This document shows positions 1 to 10,415 of a stretch of 64,000 bases of DNA, piece after piece; positions within the stretch are counted from its first letter, which is position 1, and every line of letters starts with the position of its first letter. The notes beneath the pieces were generated by a model, which did no database searches, was not told the DNA's origin, and was given only the letters and a program-made list of their open reading frames with translations. The translations under genes and the position numbers were made by a program. The DNA lies in the sequence record PQ451753.1. One strand, given 5' to 3'.

Positions 1-31
1 CGGCGCTCAATACAGTAACGGTGAAAGTGAT

Positions 32-604
32 ATGAGTAATCACATTGTCGGACTATCTAGAGAGTCTAGACGCGCCGCACAGGAGCTATGGAACAACATG
101 TATGACAACTACGGGTTCAAGTATTTACCGCGTGATCTCGTAAACCGTTATGATGAGATATACCGTTCTATATTGTCAGAGGTGGTGCACAATTTGGTAC
201 AGCATGACCTAGGTTACTTTCGAAGTTTCCTATCATGCTTAGATTACGCTACTTGGATTTATTGGTTAGAAAGTGCCAACCCTGCAACATTGCAAGAGTT
301 GGAATATGCTGCTAAGTTAGGTAGTGAGATTGCAGATACAGTACATAATGAAATACTTGATGCGATTGATAATTCAGACGGCGATTGTGATGTCGAACAA
401 GAACTAGATTATGCAGTTGGAAATACTGTGCTTCTAGTTATGCCTACTACAAACGAGTTTAATGAATTCGAACGTTGTGTTTGGCATGACATCTATGAGT
501 CGAATGTAATTGAACCTTACTTTAATGGTGACTTACTCGTGTCTATCCGACCGGGTTTGTCACGTTTACTTCTAACCACTAATTCAGGTATGTATGTTAC
601 ATGA
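32..604 (+). CDS. Hypothetical acidic protein, probable paralogue of 61841..62407
   Basis: 190-aa ORF; N-terminus aligns without gaps to the 61841 protein (G..RE......E.W......Y.....P). Confidence 0.75.
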   Translation: MSNHIVGLSRESRRAAQELWNNMYDNYGFKYLPRDLVNRYDEIYRSILSEVVHNLVQHDLGYFRSFLSCLDYATWIYWLESANPATLQELEYAAKLGSEIADTVHNEILDAIDNSDGDCDVEQELDYAVGNTVLLVMPTTNEFNEFERCVWHDIYESNVIEPYFNGDLLVSIRPGLSRLLLTTNSGMYVT

Positions 605-660
605 GTAAATTGAATGAGCAGACGCTTAGGCGACTGCGGCGTAAGTTCGCCAAGCCAAAT

Positions 661-702
661 AAAAAGTAGAGAAGTAGAGGGGTTGCCCTCTACTTCTTTT
701 TT
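661..702. terminator. Bidirectional intrinsic terminator
   Basis: 11-bp stem GAAGTAGAGGG/CCCTCTACTTC (671-696), A-tract before and T-tract after, between convergent genes. Confidence 0.85.
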
Positions 703-706
703 GTCT

Positions 707-1570
707 TTATTTAGACAGTTTCTTTAATTTTTTCTCTGTATCTGCCATCGCTTCTGACAGTACAGTGATTTGGTATTGGAACACTGAGAAGAACTCAACC
801 CATTTAGCAGCTTGGTAAAGCACTTCAGACAGTTGTTTAGTAACTCGCTTAGAAACATCGTTGTAACGCACTTCTTCAAATGCTTCATCGTTGTTCATTG
901 CATCCGATAGTGCTTTTGCGTTATCGAACAGTCCACGTACTCGACGTTCGATAGCGGCATTATCAATGCGATTGATGTTGTCTTGCAGTTGTAGTAGACG
1001 TTGACCAGCATCATTGATTTCACCGTTACGACGGAATGCCTGCTTATACTTAACCGTATCGCTCTTTTCCGTTGGATCAAAACATGCACTGATTGGCTTG
1101 ATGACGTCATCTACATCAGTAGCTGTCAGCTTACCGCTAATCTTAACGCCCGACTTAGACAGTAGAGTCATTGGGTTGTTAAGGTACGCACCTAACGTTT
1201 GTGAAGTTGGGATCAGTAGACCTTCTTCAATATCCAATAGGTAAGGTAGTGCTTTTTCTAACGCAGCGATGTATTCCATATAGGAAACCTTAAGTCCCAC
1301 TGGAGCATACACAGATACGTCACCAATCGAAAGGTAAGACTCACGGTCTGCCCATTCTGAGATACGACGGTCAAAGTTCGACGTCATCTTAAACGCATGG
1401 ACGTTTTTGTTGCTCTTAAATAGAACATCAAAGCGATTATTTAGTCGCGAGAACAGGTCTGCTGAAAACACACCTGCGAAAAGGTTCTTGATTGTAGACT
1501 CGCCTAAATTTTCAACAGCAACGTTACGTTGCGAGTTGCGAATCAGGTAGTCTAAGGTTTGTGTGGTCAT
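707..1570 (-). CDS. Probable virion (internal head-type) protein
   Basis: 287-aa ORF with upstream AGGA RBS; N-terminal AVE resembles the phiKZ-family prohead protease site (S/A/G-x-E); function inferred. Confidence 0.6.
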   Translation of the reverse strand: MTTQTLDYLIRNSQRNVAVENLGESTIKNLFAGVFSADLFSRLNNRFDVLFKSNKNVHAFKMTSNFDRRISEWADRESYLSIGDVSVYAPVGLKVSYMEYIAALEKALPYLLDIEEGLLIPTSQTLGAYLNNPMTLLSKSGVKISGKLTATDVDDVIKPISACFDPTEKSDTVKYKQAFRRNGEINDAGQRLLQLQDNINRIDNAAIERRVRGLFDNAKALSDAMNNDEAFEEVRYNDVSKRVTKQLSEVLYQAAKWVEFFSVFQYQITVLSEAMADTEKKLKKLSK

Positions 1571-1694
1571 GGTGATTCCTTTTAAACTATTTTTTTAAGT
1601 GGGTAGTCATACTTTGACCTTTTAAAGTGCGAATCTGTTAATCAATAAAAAGTCTCTCAAATGATTAACTGCGCTCCCTTTGTAAATTAACATA

Positions 1695-3173
1695 TTGTCA
1701 GGAGTTTTAACTGTGGCAGGACCATCTAATCGCGCACGTTCAAAGACAGTGCGCCCTAAATTCAATACCTTTAGCCTAGCCGATTTAATGATGGGTCGCT
1801 GTGTTAAAGGAAAACATGGTTTGTGGTATACCAATGGTGGTTATCCGCACATCATCGGTTTCGCAGGACGTGGTAACACCTTTAAGTCTGCATTGTCTGG
1901 CACTATGGCTGCTATTATCTCTTTACGTTACAACTTCGAATACACGGAGTTCTACGATACAGAGATGTCGATGCAACCGACACGTATCCAAGACTACATT
2001 AACTCTGTAGCAACTCAGCATCATTGGGATGTGGTTCCTCAAATCGAAGACTTGATGGAAAACGAAGAAACTACTTGGAACTTTACTGCTTCTGACATGC
2101 AGTCTGGTGACCAGTGGTGGAACGAACACTGTCGTGCTGAGAAAGACAACCGTCGCAAGATTAAAGACAAAGACTTGCGCTGTACTCCGTTTATGAACAT
2201 TGATGGTACTCCAGTTAAAGTACCTAATCCATGGTCGTTCACAATTGACTCACTGTCTGAACTACACACTGCTTCTGTTGAGAAGAAGTTTGAGAAAGGT
2301 ACAATCGGTGAATCTGATCTAAACACCAGTGCAATGGACGATGCTCGTTCTAAAGCACAGCTTATCGCTCAGATGCCTAACGTGGCAGCACAAGGCGGTT
2401 ACTACTTCGGTCTGATTGCTCACGCAGATGACGAGTTGAAGATGGACATGTACGCTCCGTCTACTAAGAAGCTTGACGGTCTTAAAGGTAACCTTAAACT
2501 GAAAGGTGTGCCGGGTCGTGGCTTTACGTTCCTAACTAACTCTTGTCTACTTGCTATTGCAATTGACAATGGCTTGAACAAATCAGACAAGATGCCTGAA
2601 TACCCGCATCCTGATGTTAAGCCTACTGTAGGTGATACTGACCTACGTATCGTTAAGTACATGGAGCTTCGTGGTAAGTCAGGTCCAACTGGTTCTGTGC
2701 TAGACCTTGCATTCTCTCAGCGTGAAGGCTTCCTAGTTGGTGTAACTGAGTTCCACTACTTGAATGCAATCTTGAAAGGTTGGGGCATGCAGTCCTCAGG
2801 TTCAGGTGGCGCATTCAAATCTCTGGATATCTATCCAGAAGTTTCATTCACTCGTAAGACATTACGTAAAACGCTACGTGAAGATCCAAAGTTTGCTCGT
2901 GCAATGAGCATCACGGCTTCACTAGCATACATGTACCACAACTACTTCGATATCGAGCCAGAGAAGAAGATTGATCTACCTGACCTTTATAAGGCAGTTT
3001 CAGATGCAGGCTTCGACTGGAACAAGATTCTTGAAGACACAGTTGAATACTGGTACTTCGAAGACCAAGCTGACGACGTTGGCAAACCTACTGTTACCGC
3101 ACGTACTATTCTAGGTATGGGCACAGGTGAGTTTGATAAAGACCACGTTATCCTGAAACAGCTTGCCGCTTAA
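1695..3173 (+). CDS. uvsX: UvsX/RecA-like recombinase (phiKZ gp152-like)
   Basis: Walker A GFAGRGNTFKS, YDTE motif, Walker B-like TIDSLS, terminal KxRG (ELRGKSG); TTG start as called in the track. Confidence 0.85.
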   Translation: MSGVLTVAGPSNRARSKTVRPKFNTFSLADLMMGRCVKGKHGLWYTNGGYPHIIGFAGRGNTFKSALSGTMAAIISLRYNFEYTEFYDTEMSMQPTRIQDYINSVATQHHWDVVPQIEDLMENEETTWNFTASDMQSGDQWWNEHCRAEKDNRRKIKDKDLRCTPFMNIDGTPVKVPNPWSFTIDSLSELHTASVEKKFEKGTIGESDLNTSAMDDARSKAQLIAQMPNVAAQGGYYFGLIAHADDELKMDMYAPSTKKLDGLKGNLKLKGVPGRGFTFLTNSCLLAIAIDNGLNKSDKMPEYPHPDVKPTVGDTDLRIVKYMELRGKSGPTGSVLDLAFSQREGFLVGVTEFHYLNAILKGWGMQSSGSGGAFKSLDIYPEVSFTRKTLRKTLREDPKFARAMSITASLAYMYHNYFDIEPEKKIDLPDLYKAVSDAGFDWNKILEDTVEYWYFEDQADDVGKPTVTARTILGMGTGEFDKDHVILKQLAA

Positions 3174-3223
3174 TTCATTAAGGAGGGGTAGCGCCCCTCC
3201 AATTATACAAGGGTAACTTTAAC

Positions 3224-3532
3224 ATGGGTGTAATCTCTAAAGTCATTGATACAATTGATGATGATGACATTCGTAACTATATTAACCAAGACATCGACCG
3301 TGACTACACATACTGCGATGACTGGGAAGTTGAAATGAATCATGTCAACTTGTATCTAAATAAGCTCCTGATTTCCATGATGGAGAAATCTAACGAACGT
3401 GTCACAAGACGTGCTTCATCTGACGCACGACGTGTACTCCAACCTGTTAAGCGCGAACGCTACATCAGTTCATGGCTTAATGACCTAAAACAGTATTATT
3501 TTCCGGTGCTTGAGGAAGTGTGGGTTAACTGA
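3224..3532 (+). CDS. Hypothetical protein
   Basis: 102-aa ORF co-oriented with neighbours. Confidence 0.65.
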   Translation: MGVISKVIDTIDDDDIRNYINQDIDRDYTYCDDWEVEMNHVNLYLNKLLISMMEKSNERVTRRASSDARRVLQPVKRERYISSWLNDLKQYYFPVLEEVWVN

Positions 3533-3533
3533 T

Positions 3534-4466
3534 ATGTCATATGTCGATTGCTATATACAAGAACTTGCGGATAAGTACAAGTACCGTCCGCTACCTAAAG
3601 CGGTAAAGGAAGAAGCTCATAAACTTTATCGTGAGAACCTTAATGGTTTTGAGAAGAAGCGCGATACCTTAATTGATGGTCGCCCTTTTTGTAAGGACTA
3701 TGAGCGTGTAGTGGTCGGCGACTATGGCGCTTATGTGGAAATCAAAGAAGGTGATATCATACAGCCGCTGACCGTTCCTGAGAAACAGAAATGGCGTTAC
3801 GACAAAGAGTACTTAGAGAAGAAGAACATTACTATCAAGTACTACTGGCTGGAATGGAATGGTCACAAAGTGTACCATCAGGTGGCAGGCGTTAAATATG
3901 CCGATTACAAACCTGGTTTCTACTATATCAGTGTAACCGCTTTCGACGCCCCATGTCGAGATACGAATATGAATCCGATGTTTGAGAAGTTGTCGGAGTC
4001 TCTGGTAACTAACAGCATCTTCACGCATACTGACACTGCTTCTGCTGAAGCGTTCTTGTCAGATATTGCAGATATGCATTTAGATAAAGTAAATGTGGCC
4101 ATCGTAGGTGATACGGATATCACTAACGGTCGTCAGGTTAGTCAATGTTTGAATATGCTACTGCGTATGTTTGAACATCCGTCTAACGTACGTGTATTGA
4201 CAGGTGAGCTTTCAGGGACAGAACAAATCGTTCGACGTTGGGCTAGACGTAACCAGTTCGAAATGGACGTGTATCCAGTTATTGAAAAACCTGAATGGGT
4301 TGATAATGGTTACAGTAACCGTCAAGACCGTGACCGTAGAATGCTTGCTGCGGCACATTGTGTTATCTTAATTAACAAACCTAACTCAAAGTCTACCGAT
4401 TTTATGTATAACGCTTCAATTGAAGCTGGCAGATTTGTATCACGTAGAATCGTTAGGAATGTTTAG
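3534..4466 (+). CDS. Two-domain protein: unknown N-terminal domain plus C-terminal SLOG/DUF2493 (YspA-like) domain
   Basis: C-terminal AIVG..., VLTG..SGTEQIVRRWA, RDRRML...CVIL, STDFM pattern typical of the SLOG Rossmann fold; start moved to ATG 3534. Confidence 0.6.
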   Translation: MSYVDCYIQELADKYKYRPLPKAVKEEAHKLYRENLNGFEKKRDTLIDGRPFCKDYERVVVGDYGAYVEIKEGDIIQPLTVPEKQKWRYDKEYLEKKNITIKYYWLEWNGHKVYHQVAGVKYADYKPGFYYISVTAFDAPCRDTNMNPMFEKLSESLVTNSIFTHTDTASAEAFLSDIADMHLDKVNVAIVGDTDITNGRQVSQCLNMLLRMFEHPSNVRVLTGELSGTEQIVRRWARRNQFEMDVYPVIEKPEWVDNGYSNRQDRDRRMLAAAHCVILINKPNSKSTDFMYNASIEAGRFVSRRIVRNV

Positions 4467-4468
4467 TT

Positions 4469-5122
4469 ATGAAACCACAAGCGAGAAAGAAGATAGAGGC
4501 GTTTATCTTGGAATACGTTCACAAGGTAGACCCCTCTGGCATTAACCGAGACATGTATAAGACTGTCTTTAAGAAAATGACGGATAAGGATTTAGAGCAT
4601 TTAATCTCTAAGCCAATCCCTATTTATGCACCCAATGGTAGCAAAGTCGATATCGACCACATGCGTAATGTTGACATCATGCGTGAGTTAGGCTACGACC
4701 CTGAGCAGTACTGTTGGTTAACCGATCCGAAAACAGGTGCGTGTTCACGTACTCGTTACAAACACTTAGTACTCAAGTTACCCGTACGTCGTCAAACTCA
4801 GATGATCGACAAAAAGATTTCATTTGCAGAACACAACCGTATTCTTGATAAAGCAACTGGTCAGACTGTCGGTAGCTCAAAGGGTTCATCTTTCTCTTTC
4901 CCACAGATTTATGTCATGTACTCTAAAGGTTACGATAAGACCATTCGTGAGTTCATCAACATCCGTGGTGGTAACGTAAAAGCTGGTAAAGCAATCGACC
5001 GTGCTATTCGACAAACAGGTAGTAGTGGTCAGTCTTTTGAAGGACTTGCTGGAACACGAGTGAAGTCTACCGTAACATTAGGTATTATTTTCCGTGCAAT
5101 GCACTTGGCGAATAACCTTTAG
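4469..5122 (+). CDS. Virion RNA polymerase beta subunit, C-terminal piece (phiKZ gp149-like)
   Basis: KKIS...R..D..TGQ..GSSKGSSFS parallels the RpoB C-terminal DKIHAR...QQPLGGK..GGQRF region; size fits. Confidence 0.8.
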   Translation: MKPQARKKIEAFILEYVHKVDPSGINRDMYKTVFKKMTDKDLEHLISKPIPIYAPNGSKVDIDHMRNVDIMRELGYDPEQYCWLTDPKTGACSRTRYKHLVLKLPVRRQTQMIDKKISFAEHNRILDKATGQTVGSSKGSSFSFPQIYVMYSKGYDKTIREFINIRGGNVKAGKAIDRAIRQTGSSGQSFEGLAGTRVKSTVTLGIIFRAMHLANNL

Positions 5123-5130
5123 GATTTAAA

Positions 5131-5646
5131 ATGAATAACAACACCGCCCCAATCAATTTATATCAAATGGTTCTTGACCGCGTTGAAGAACATTTGGCAG
5201 TTCAATTGGAATCTGAAATCTCTAACACTCACGGCGATCGTGTATCGAAGGAACTAAGTGCTTTATATAGCGTATTGTCTTATCCTCCGGTTGCGTATCT
5301 AACTAAGTCGCCGGATTACATTGCAGATATCGAAAGTTTAGATGACGGTGCACGTAACTGGATTATTAACTTTGCCAACTACGTGACGATGGACTGGTCG
5401 ATGATGATTCGTACAATCAATGGCGATGACGATTATGTCGATAGCTTCATTTCATCGTTCAAGAAATCAATCGCGTCGGTTGCGGAAACTGCAATCACCA
5501 TGGACGGTTATGCAGAGCGTCTTGATAATGCTAAAGTGGATGACCCTGTCGCACTTACGTATTACATGTTAGCTACTTGCTACCGTCGCATTGCATTGAA
5601 ACTAGGAATTGCTAATGGCCGAATTGCAACAAAACCTACTAATTGA
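5131..5646 (+). CDS. Hypothetical protein
   Basis: 171-aa ORF in operon. Confidence 0.7.
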   Translation: MNNNTAPINLYQMVLDRVEEHLAVQLESEISNTHGDRVSKELSALYSVLSYPPVAYLTKSPDYIADIESLDDGARNWIINFANYVTMDWSMMIRTINGDDDYVDSFISSFKKSIASVAETAITMDGYAERLDNAKVDDPVALTYYMLATCYRRIALKLGIANGRIATKPTN

Positions 5647-6328
5647 TTTAGACACACTTATTGATACACGCTTTGGGTTAATCTATCAACGATTTCCTAA
5701 GGCGTTTCGTAAGTTAGATGTCTACGAGTTCTGTACGCGTAACCATAACCGTTTGTGGGAACTTATTGGATGTGATGAGAAGACATGGAAGGCACAATGG
5801 GATAAACGTGATGTTGCTACTATTGAATCTTCTAAACCGACGTCGTTGTTACTCCATCTAAAAGAGATCATCGTAGCGCGCTATGCGCAAGGTAAAACGA
5901 GTCCAGTACATCATCCGCTAACTATTACAGTGAATACCTTTCCTTATCGTTTAAGCAAAGAAGCTTTGGATGAGGTTAAAGAATCTGTTAAAGCGTGGAC
6001 GTACAGTGACATAGAAGTGCATACGGTGTACCTGACGCCAGCAACGCTGACGCCAGATACGATTAAGACCAATTACCAGTCTTTATTTATTTATGATTGG
6101 GTTGAGTGGATGACCATTCATCGTGACGCACTTAAATCGTGCAAAATACCTACAGTTACTTTTCATGTTCCTTCCTATATCTACGACAATAGTCCAGAAT
6201 TGATGGAAGCTGCTATGAGAAGTGATGTTGACCCATTTGCACAAATGGCGAGATATTTATCGGAGTATTTAGCGGTAGAAGTGGTTAAGCCAGAGTTGTT
6301 CTGTTTACCTACTCCTCACCCTTCCTAA
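5615..6328 (+). CDS. HAD-like protein
   Basis: N-terminal LLIDLDTLIDTR (DxD motif I); start at ATG 5615 after AGGA. Confidence 0.55.
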   Translation: MAELQQNLLIDLDTLIDTRFGLIYQRFPKAFRKLDVYEFCTRNHNRLWELIGCDEKTWKAQWDKRDVATIESSKPTSLLLHLKEIIVARYAQGKTSPVHHPLTITVNTFPYRLSKEALDEVKESVKAWTYSDIEVHTVYLTPATLTPDTIKTNYQSLFIYDWVEWMTIHRDALKSCKIPTVTFHVPSYIYDNSPELMEAAMRSDVDPFAQMARYLSEYLAVEVVKPELFCLPTPHPS

Positions 6329-6749
6329 TACGACGACCATCACGTTGAACTTGGTCTAGGTCAACTGCATCACCTACCTGAGACATTGCCCCCTCAGTGA
6401 TGTCAAATTTAGGTAGTTGAGATTCATCAACAATAGGTCCGGTTGCACGGTTATCAACTTCACCGTCACGACCGTTGCGACTAAGTTGACCAAGTGCTGA
6501 TTCGATGATGTCGGCTGCACGCTTGTCGTTTTCGACACCCGCTTCCTCAACCATTACACGACGTTTGTTAAATACGGAACTGTCGCTGTCTTTTAGAAAA
6601 CCTTTCAAGACATTGAGAGATTCGTTATCGCCGGGAATACGTTTTTCACCCGCTTCACTCGTCGTCAGGTGGACAACGACGTCATGACGAAGTCTTTGGT
6701 TAAAGTCCAAATACTCTTCGTCTTTCATAGGCGTTTCTTGTTCTGCCAT
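6309..6749 (-). CDS. Hypothetical acidic protein
   Basis: 146-aa ORF with GGAG RBS; overlaps the end of the convergent gene. Confidence 0.7.
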   Translation of the reverse strand: MAEQETPMKDEEYLDFNQRLRHDVVVHLTTSEAGEKRIPGDNESLNVLKGFLKDSDSSVFNKRRVMVEEAGVENDKRAADIIESALGQLSRNGRDGEVDNRATGPIVDESQLPKFDITEGAMSQVGDAVDLDQVQRDGRRIRKGEE

Positions 6750-6765
6750 AATAGGACTCCTTAAG

Positions 6766-7275
6766 ATGCTAAAGTATATCAGATATATTTTATCTACACG
6801 AACAGCTGCTAAGAAATATCAGCAACACACTGAACGGTTACATAAGATGTCTAACGATGACGTCATAGGAATCGCTCTGTGGCATGTAGAGGACTGGTTG
6901 GAGTATCGCAATACGTTTACCCTAGACGATAGATTAAACGTTAAGATACGCCACTCTGCTCCAAATGCAGGTGCGTTATTATCGGCTGTTCAATCAGTGT
7001 ATGACGTAGTAGTTCATGACTCGGAACGTTATATAAAGATGTTGCCTCAATGGATTGAAAACCAACCTAGTGTTAAAGTGGCAGACACATGGCTGGTTGA
7101 CCAAGAAGGTTACTTTATTGAGCTCGAAGATGTAGTTAAACAATTACATGTTCAGTTAACAGCGATTCATTCCGCTGTGAACGACCCTAAGAATGAAGAC
7201 TATAAATATCATTACACTAAAAAACCAAAAGCAATATACGAAAGTGTTACTGCTTTATTAAATCATTTCCATTAA
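6766..7275 (+). CDS. Hypothetical protein
   Basis: 169-aa ORF divergent from 6309..6749 with only 16 bp between starts. Confidence 0.7.
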   Translation: MLKYIRYILSTRTAAKKYQQHTERLHKMSNDDVIGIALWHVEDWLEYRNTFTLDDRLNVKIRHSAPNAGALLSAVQSVYDVVVHDSERYIKMLPQWIENQPSVKVADTWLVDQEGYFIELEDVVKQLHVQLTAIHSAVNDPKNEDYKYHYTKKPKAIYESVTALLNHFH

Positions 7276-7305
7276 CCTACACACTGTTAAGTGCGAGGCC
7301 ATATC

Positions 7306-7725
7306 ATGTCAAAGAGACATCTACAACGTGCGGTTGAAGATCCAGATGAGCAGATCCGCAAATCGAGTAACAACCTACTCGGTCGAGTATACTGGTCACT
7401 AATTAATAAATTAGGGATTACAGCCGCATCATTCAACGCGTCTTTAAATAAGTACGTACGTGACCCGAAGAACGTTCCTGAACAGACGGCACACAAACGT
7501 AGTGAGAAAATGTCTAACCTTACAGCGGAGTTAACTAACTACCACCGTATGAGTTGGAACAAATTCTTCGAAGGATTGAAGGCTGCGGAGATTGTACGAA
7601 TTCGTATAACGTTTGAAGCTTGGCGTGGTAAGCGTCAGTTGTATGCGAAGACAGTTGTCGACACAGAACTATCTGAAGTTGATACTGTTATTCAACAAGA
7701 CCCTGACGATTCTACTAAGGAGTAA
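7306..7725 (+). CDS. Hypothetical basic protein
   Basis: ORF with GAGG RBS before ATG 7306 (MSKRH); K/R-rich. Confidence 0.65.
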   Translation: MSKRHLQRAVEDPDEQIRKSSNNLLGRVYWSLINKLGITAASFNASLNKYVRDPKNVPEQTAHKRSEKMSNLTAELTNYHRMSWNKFFEGLKAAEIVRIRITFEAWRGKRQLYAKTVVDTELSEVDTVIQQDPDDSTKE

Positions 7726-7728
7726 ATA

Positions 7729-8742
7729 ATGTCAACCCCACCCATTAAACCGACGGTGCATGGCGTCGACCCAAAACAATCGCCCGTAGTAAAGGACGTA
7801 TATCACGATGACGTCCTTGAAAGCGCAAACGAAATCACACAGGAGTCGCCCGTAAAACAGGCGGCTGCTGAATACCTCGATAACACCAATCTTGGTACTG
7901 GTGATATTGTCCCTACTATCAAAGACTCTATCGGAAGTGATTCTGATGGTGCAACGTTTGACTTTAGTGTTGCTAAGAAACGTATTGAACGCGCCTTTGG
8001 TGCTAACGGCTCTACAACAGGACTAAGTTCTAAACAGAAACGTGACATTGGCAATGCCCTTGAAACCGTTTCTAACAACCGTGATAGTAAGCTGCTATTT
8101 AATGATGTTGAGAAAATCATTAAAGGCGGTACTGACAATCTCAGTGCGGGTTCAATCGTTGATACCATTAACGCCATTAGTGGTCGTGGTGAGTTCTTTA
8201 AGATGCTCGACCTTGACGCACAAGCGGGTTTCATACGTGGTATCACCGATACTATTATTGATTGGGGTATCCCAGAACTACTTGATGAACTTCTCGACAG
8301 TTTAGATGATGCTAAGCTAAAGAATGAAATGTTGGAAGAGAACGCTATCCGAGCTGCGCGCAAGGGTGATGTTTATCAGACAAAATATTTCTGCGAGAAG
8401 ATGGGCCAACAGCGCTCTTTCAGTATCCATCGTGGTTTGATTACCTACCTGATGAAGAACTACAAAATCGCCGATGGTGAGAGTCGTTCATACACCACGC
8501 TAGGTAACGAATTGTTAAACTTCTATATGTGGCTTAGCCCAACGTGGGATAAAGATCCATACGATTCTGGACTCGATTGTTTAGAATTTTACACGTTCGC
8601 CAATACTAATGCGGAAGCTGTGCTTCGACATACTCGTGTATCGACAAACGCAGCTTTGGGATCGAAGGTAAAAATAGAAAAGCCGCTACAAACCGCTGGT
8701 CGCCTATTCCCTAAAATGGTGGAATGGCAACACGTCCAGTAA
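7729..8742 (+). CDS. Hypothetical protein, possibly virion structural
   Basis: 337-aa ORF with strong AAGGAG RBS; function from context only. Confidence 0.6.
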   Translation: MSTPPIKPTVHGVDPKQSPVVKDVYHDDVLESANEITQESPVKQAAAEYLDNTNLGTGDIVPTIKDSIGSDSDGATFDFSVAKKRIERAFGANGSTTGLSSKQKRDIGNALETVSNNRDSKLLFNDVEKIIKGGTDNLSAGSIVDTINAISGRGEFFKMLDLDAQAGFIRGITDTIIDWGIPELLDELLDSLDDAKLKNEMLEENAIRAARKGDVYQTKYFCEKMGQQRSFSIHRGLITYLMKNYKIADGESRSYTTLGNELLNFYMWLSPTWDKDPYDSGLDCLEFYTFANTNAEAVLRHTRVSTNAALGSKVKIEKPLQTAGRLFPKMVEWQHVQ

Positions 8743-8773
8743 TTAGTGAACAACGCATTATAGAGATAACAAC

Positions 8774-9463
8774 ATGGCACAAATGAATATCGAGAACATC
8801 GTAATTGAATACGATGCGGATACCCGACAAGTCATTAAAATGGAAGATGCAGCAGGAAGCATCGATTTCACTGACGAGTCAAAACTTCACCCGGTTAAGT
8901 TGTATGCACTTGAGGGTGGTCTTCAAATTGTAAATACTTACGCTGTAGACCAAAAGGTTCAGGTAGGTTGGCAAGAGAACCTATGTGGAATGCTTGTCCA
9001 ATACTTGGAATCTCCTGCGGTGGCTTACCGTCAAATCCACAACATGGCTTGTCAAGAATCGATCGCACGTATGCGTAAAATTCTGGCAACGTATGTTACC
9101 CACCTAAGTCGTACTGACTCTAAAGAAGCAGCAGCATGGGTTACTAAGTACCTGCGCGTGTTAATTGTAATTGGTAACAAAGAAATCACTGACAAGTTGG
9201 AAGAAGCTATTCATTCTGAAGACCAGTTAAATAACTTTGTGGCTGCATTATCTCCTTACATGGATAAGCCAGTCCTTGTTGCTAACTACATTAAACTGCT
9301 TGAGCTTTATTTCGGTTACGTAAACCGTGATAAAGTGACTTACGAAATGTTGATTCACATTCCTCTCAACGAAGCTAACTCTCGTGAAGCGCCGCCATCG
9401 ATTCGTCAATGGGCACTTGAAAACGAATTGATTGCCAAAGAACAGGCGGCAATCCAGGGTTAA
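8774..9463 (+). CDS. Hypothetical protein
   Basis: 229-aa ORF. Confidence 0.7.
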   Translation: MAQMNIENIVIEYDADTRQVIKMEDAAGSIDFTDESKLHPVKLYALEGGLQIVNTYAVDQKVQVGWQENLCGMLVQYLESPAVAYRQIHNMACQESIARMRKILATYVTHLSRTDSKEAAAWVTKYLRVLIVIGNKEITDKLEEAIHSEDQLNNFVAALSPYMDKPVLVANYIKLLELYFGYVNRDKVTYEMLIHIPLNEANSREAPPSIRQWALENELIAKEQAAIQG

Positions 9464-9485
9464 CTATCCGTGAGAGGGAACTTGC

Positions 9486-10415
9486 ATGGCGTTTATACAC
9501 ACCGCACACTTAAGTACAGGAAAGAAAATACCTCGCAATGGTAATGTTATCTTCTTAGATACCACTGCGAAATCCAGTAGCACCGATGTAGAGAAGGCGC
9601 TTGCCCCTACATGGGACTTAGTATCCGCTTACAAGGCAGGTACTATAGATGAAAAACAATACACGAAGGAATACCTGATTCATTTGAATAAGGCTCCTGA
9701 GTATGTCCAGAAGTGGCTCCGCGAGCTAGCTAAGGACACACGGTTCACAGACGTGATTGTTTCATGCTACGATGGTGTTGGTCGTTTCTGTCACCGACAC
9801 ATCTTACAAAGATGGCTTGTTAAAGTATTCGGCTTTTCCGAGGGTTGGGAAGTTACTGCTAAGGATGTAGAGATTATCACTAATCCTAACGGTTCTATTC
9901 TAAGCCTAAGTAAATCTGACCACATCACTCCAGAAATCGTTGCAAGTGAACTTGCGGAAGAAATCAAATCGGGTGAAGTGAAACTGATTACCGAAGACTA
10001 CGTCACTAAGCTTTGTGAGGAACGCGGTAAGAGTGTAGATATTAACACGGAATGTACCCTTGAGCGTGCAATGTTAAATTGGATTGTCGTCTCTGAGATT
10101 ACTAAACCTCGGAAAGGCGATGGGAAGACCGTCACTTATATCGACACAACGCGTCTGATTGACACGATGTTCGAACCTGACGGTTTACACCATAACCCAT
10201 CCAGTAACGTTGCTGAACTCGTGCAAGGGTATGTAAATAATCGTGCAGTATGGAAACCACTGGTAATTAAACCAGACCATTCGCTGCGCCAGCTAGTTCA
10301 ACGTTTCGGCTTCGAGTCGGTTGTTACTATCGGCAAGTCTTATGAAAATCTAGACCATGCCGCTAGTATGGATACACTCTACGAAGAGGTAGTTCATCTA
10401 GTATGCAATGCATAG
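9486..10415 (+). CDS. DUF488-family N-terminal domain plus unknown C-terminal domain
   Basis: LAPTWDLV..YK.G.I....Y...Y, VSCYD, FCHRHIL motifs. Confidence 0.65.
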   Translation: MAFIHTAHLSTGKKIPRNGNVIFLDTTAKSSSTDVEKALAPTWDLVSAYKAGTIDEKQYTKEYLIHLNKAPEYVQKWLRELAKDTRFTDVIVSCYDGVGRFCHRHILQRWLVKVFGFSEGWEVTAKDVEIITNPNGSILSLSKSDHITPEIVASELAEEIKSGEVKLITEDYVTKLCEERGKSVDINTECTLERAMLNWIVVSEITKPRKGDGKTVTYIDTTRLIDTMFEPDGLHHNPSSNVAELVQGYVNNRAVWKPLVIKPDHSLRQLVQRFGFESVVTIGKSYENLDHAASMDTLYEEVVHLVCNA

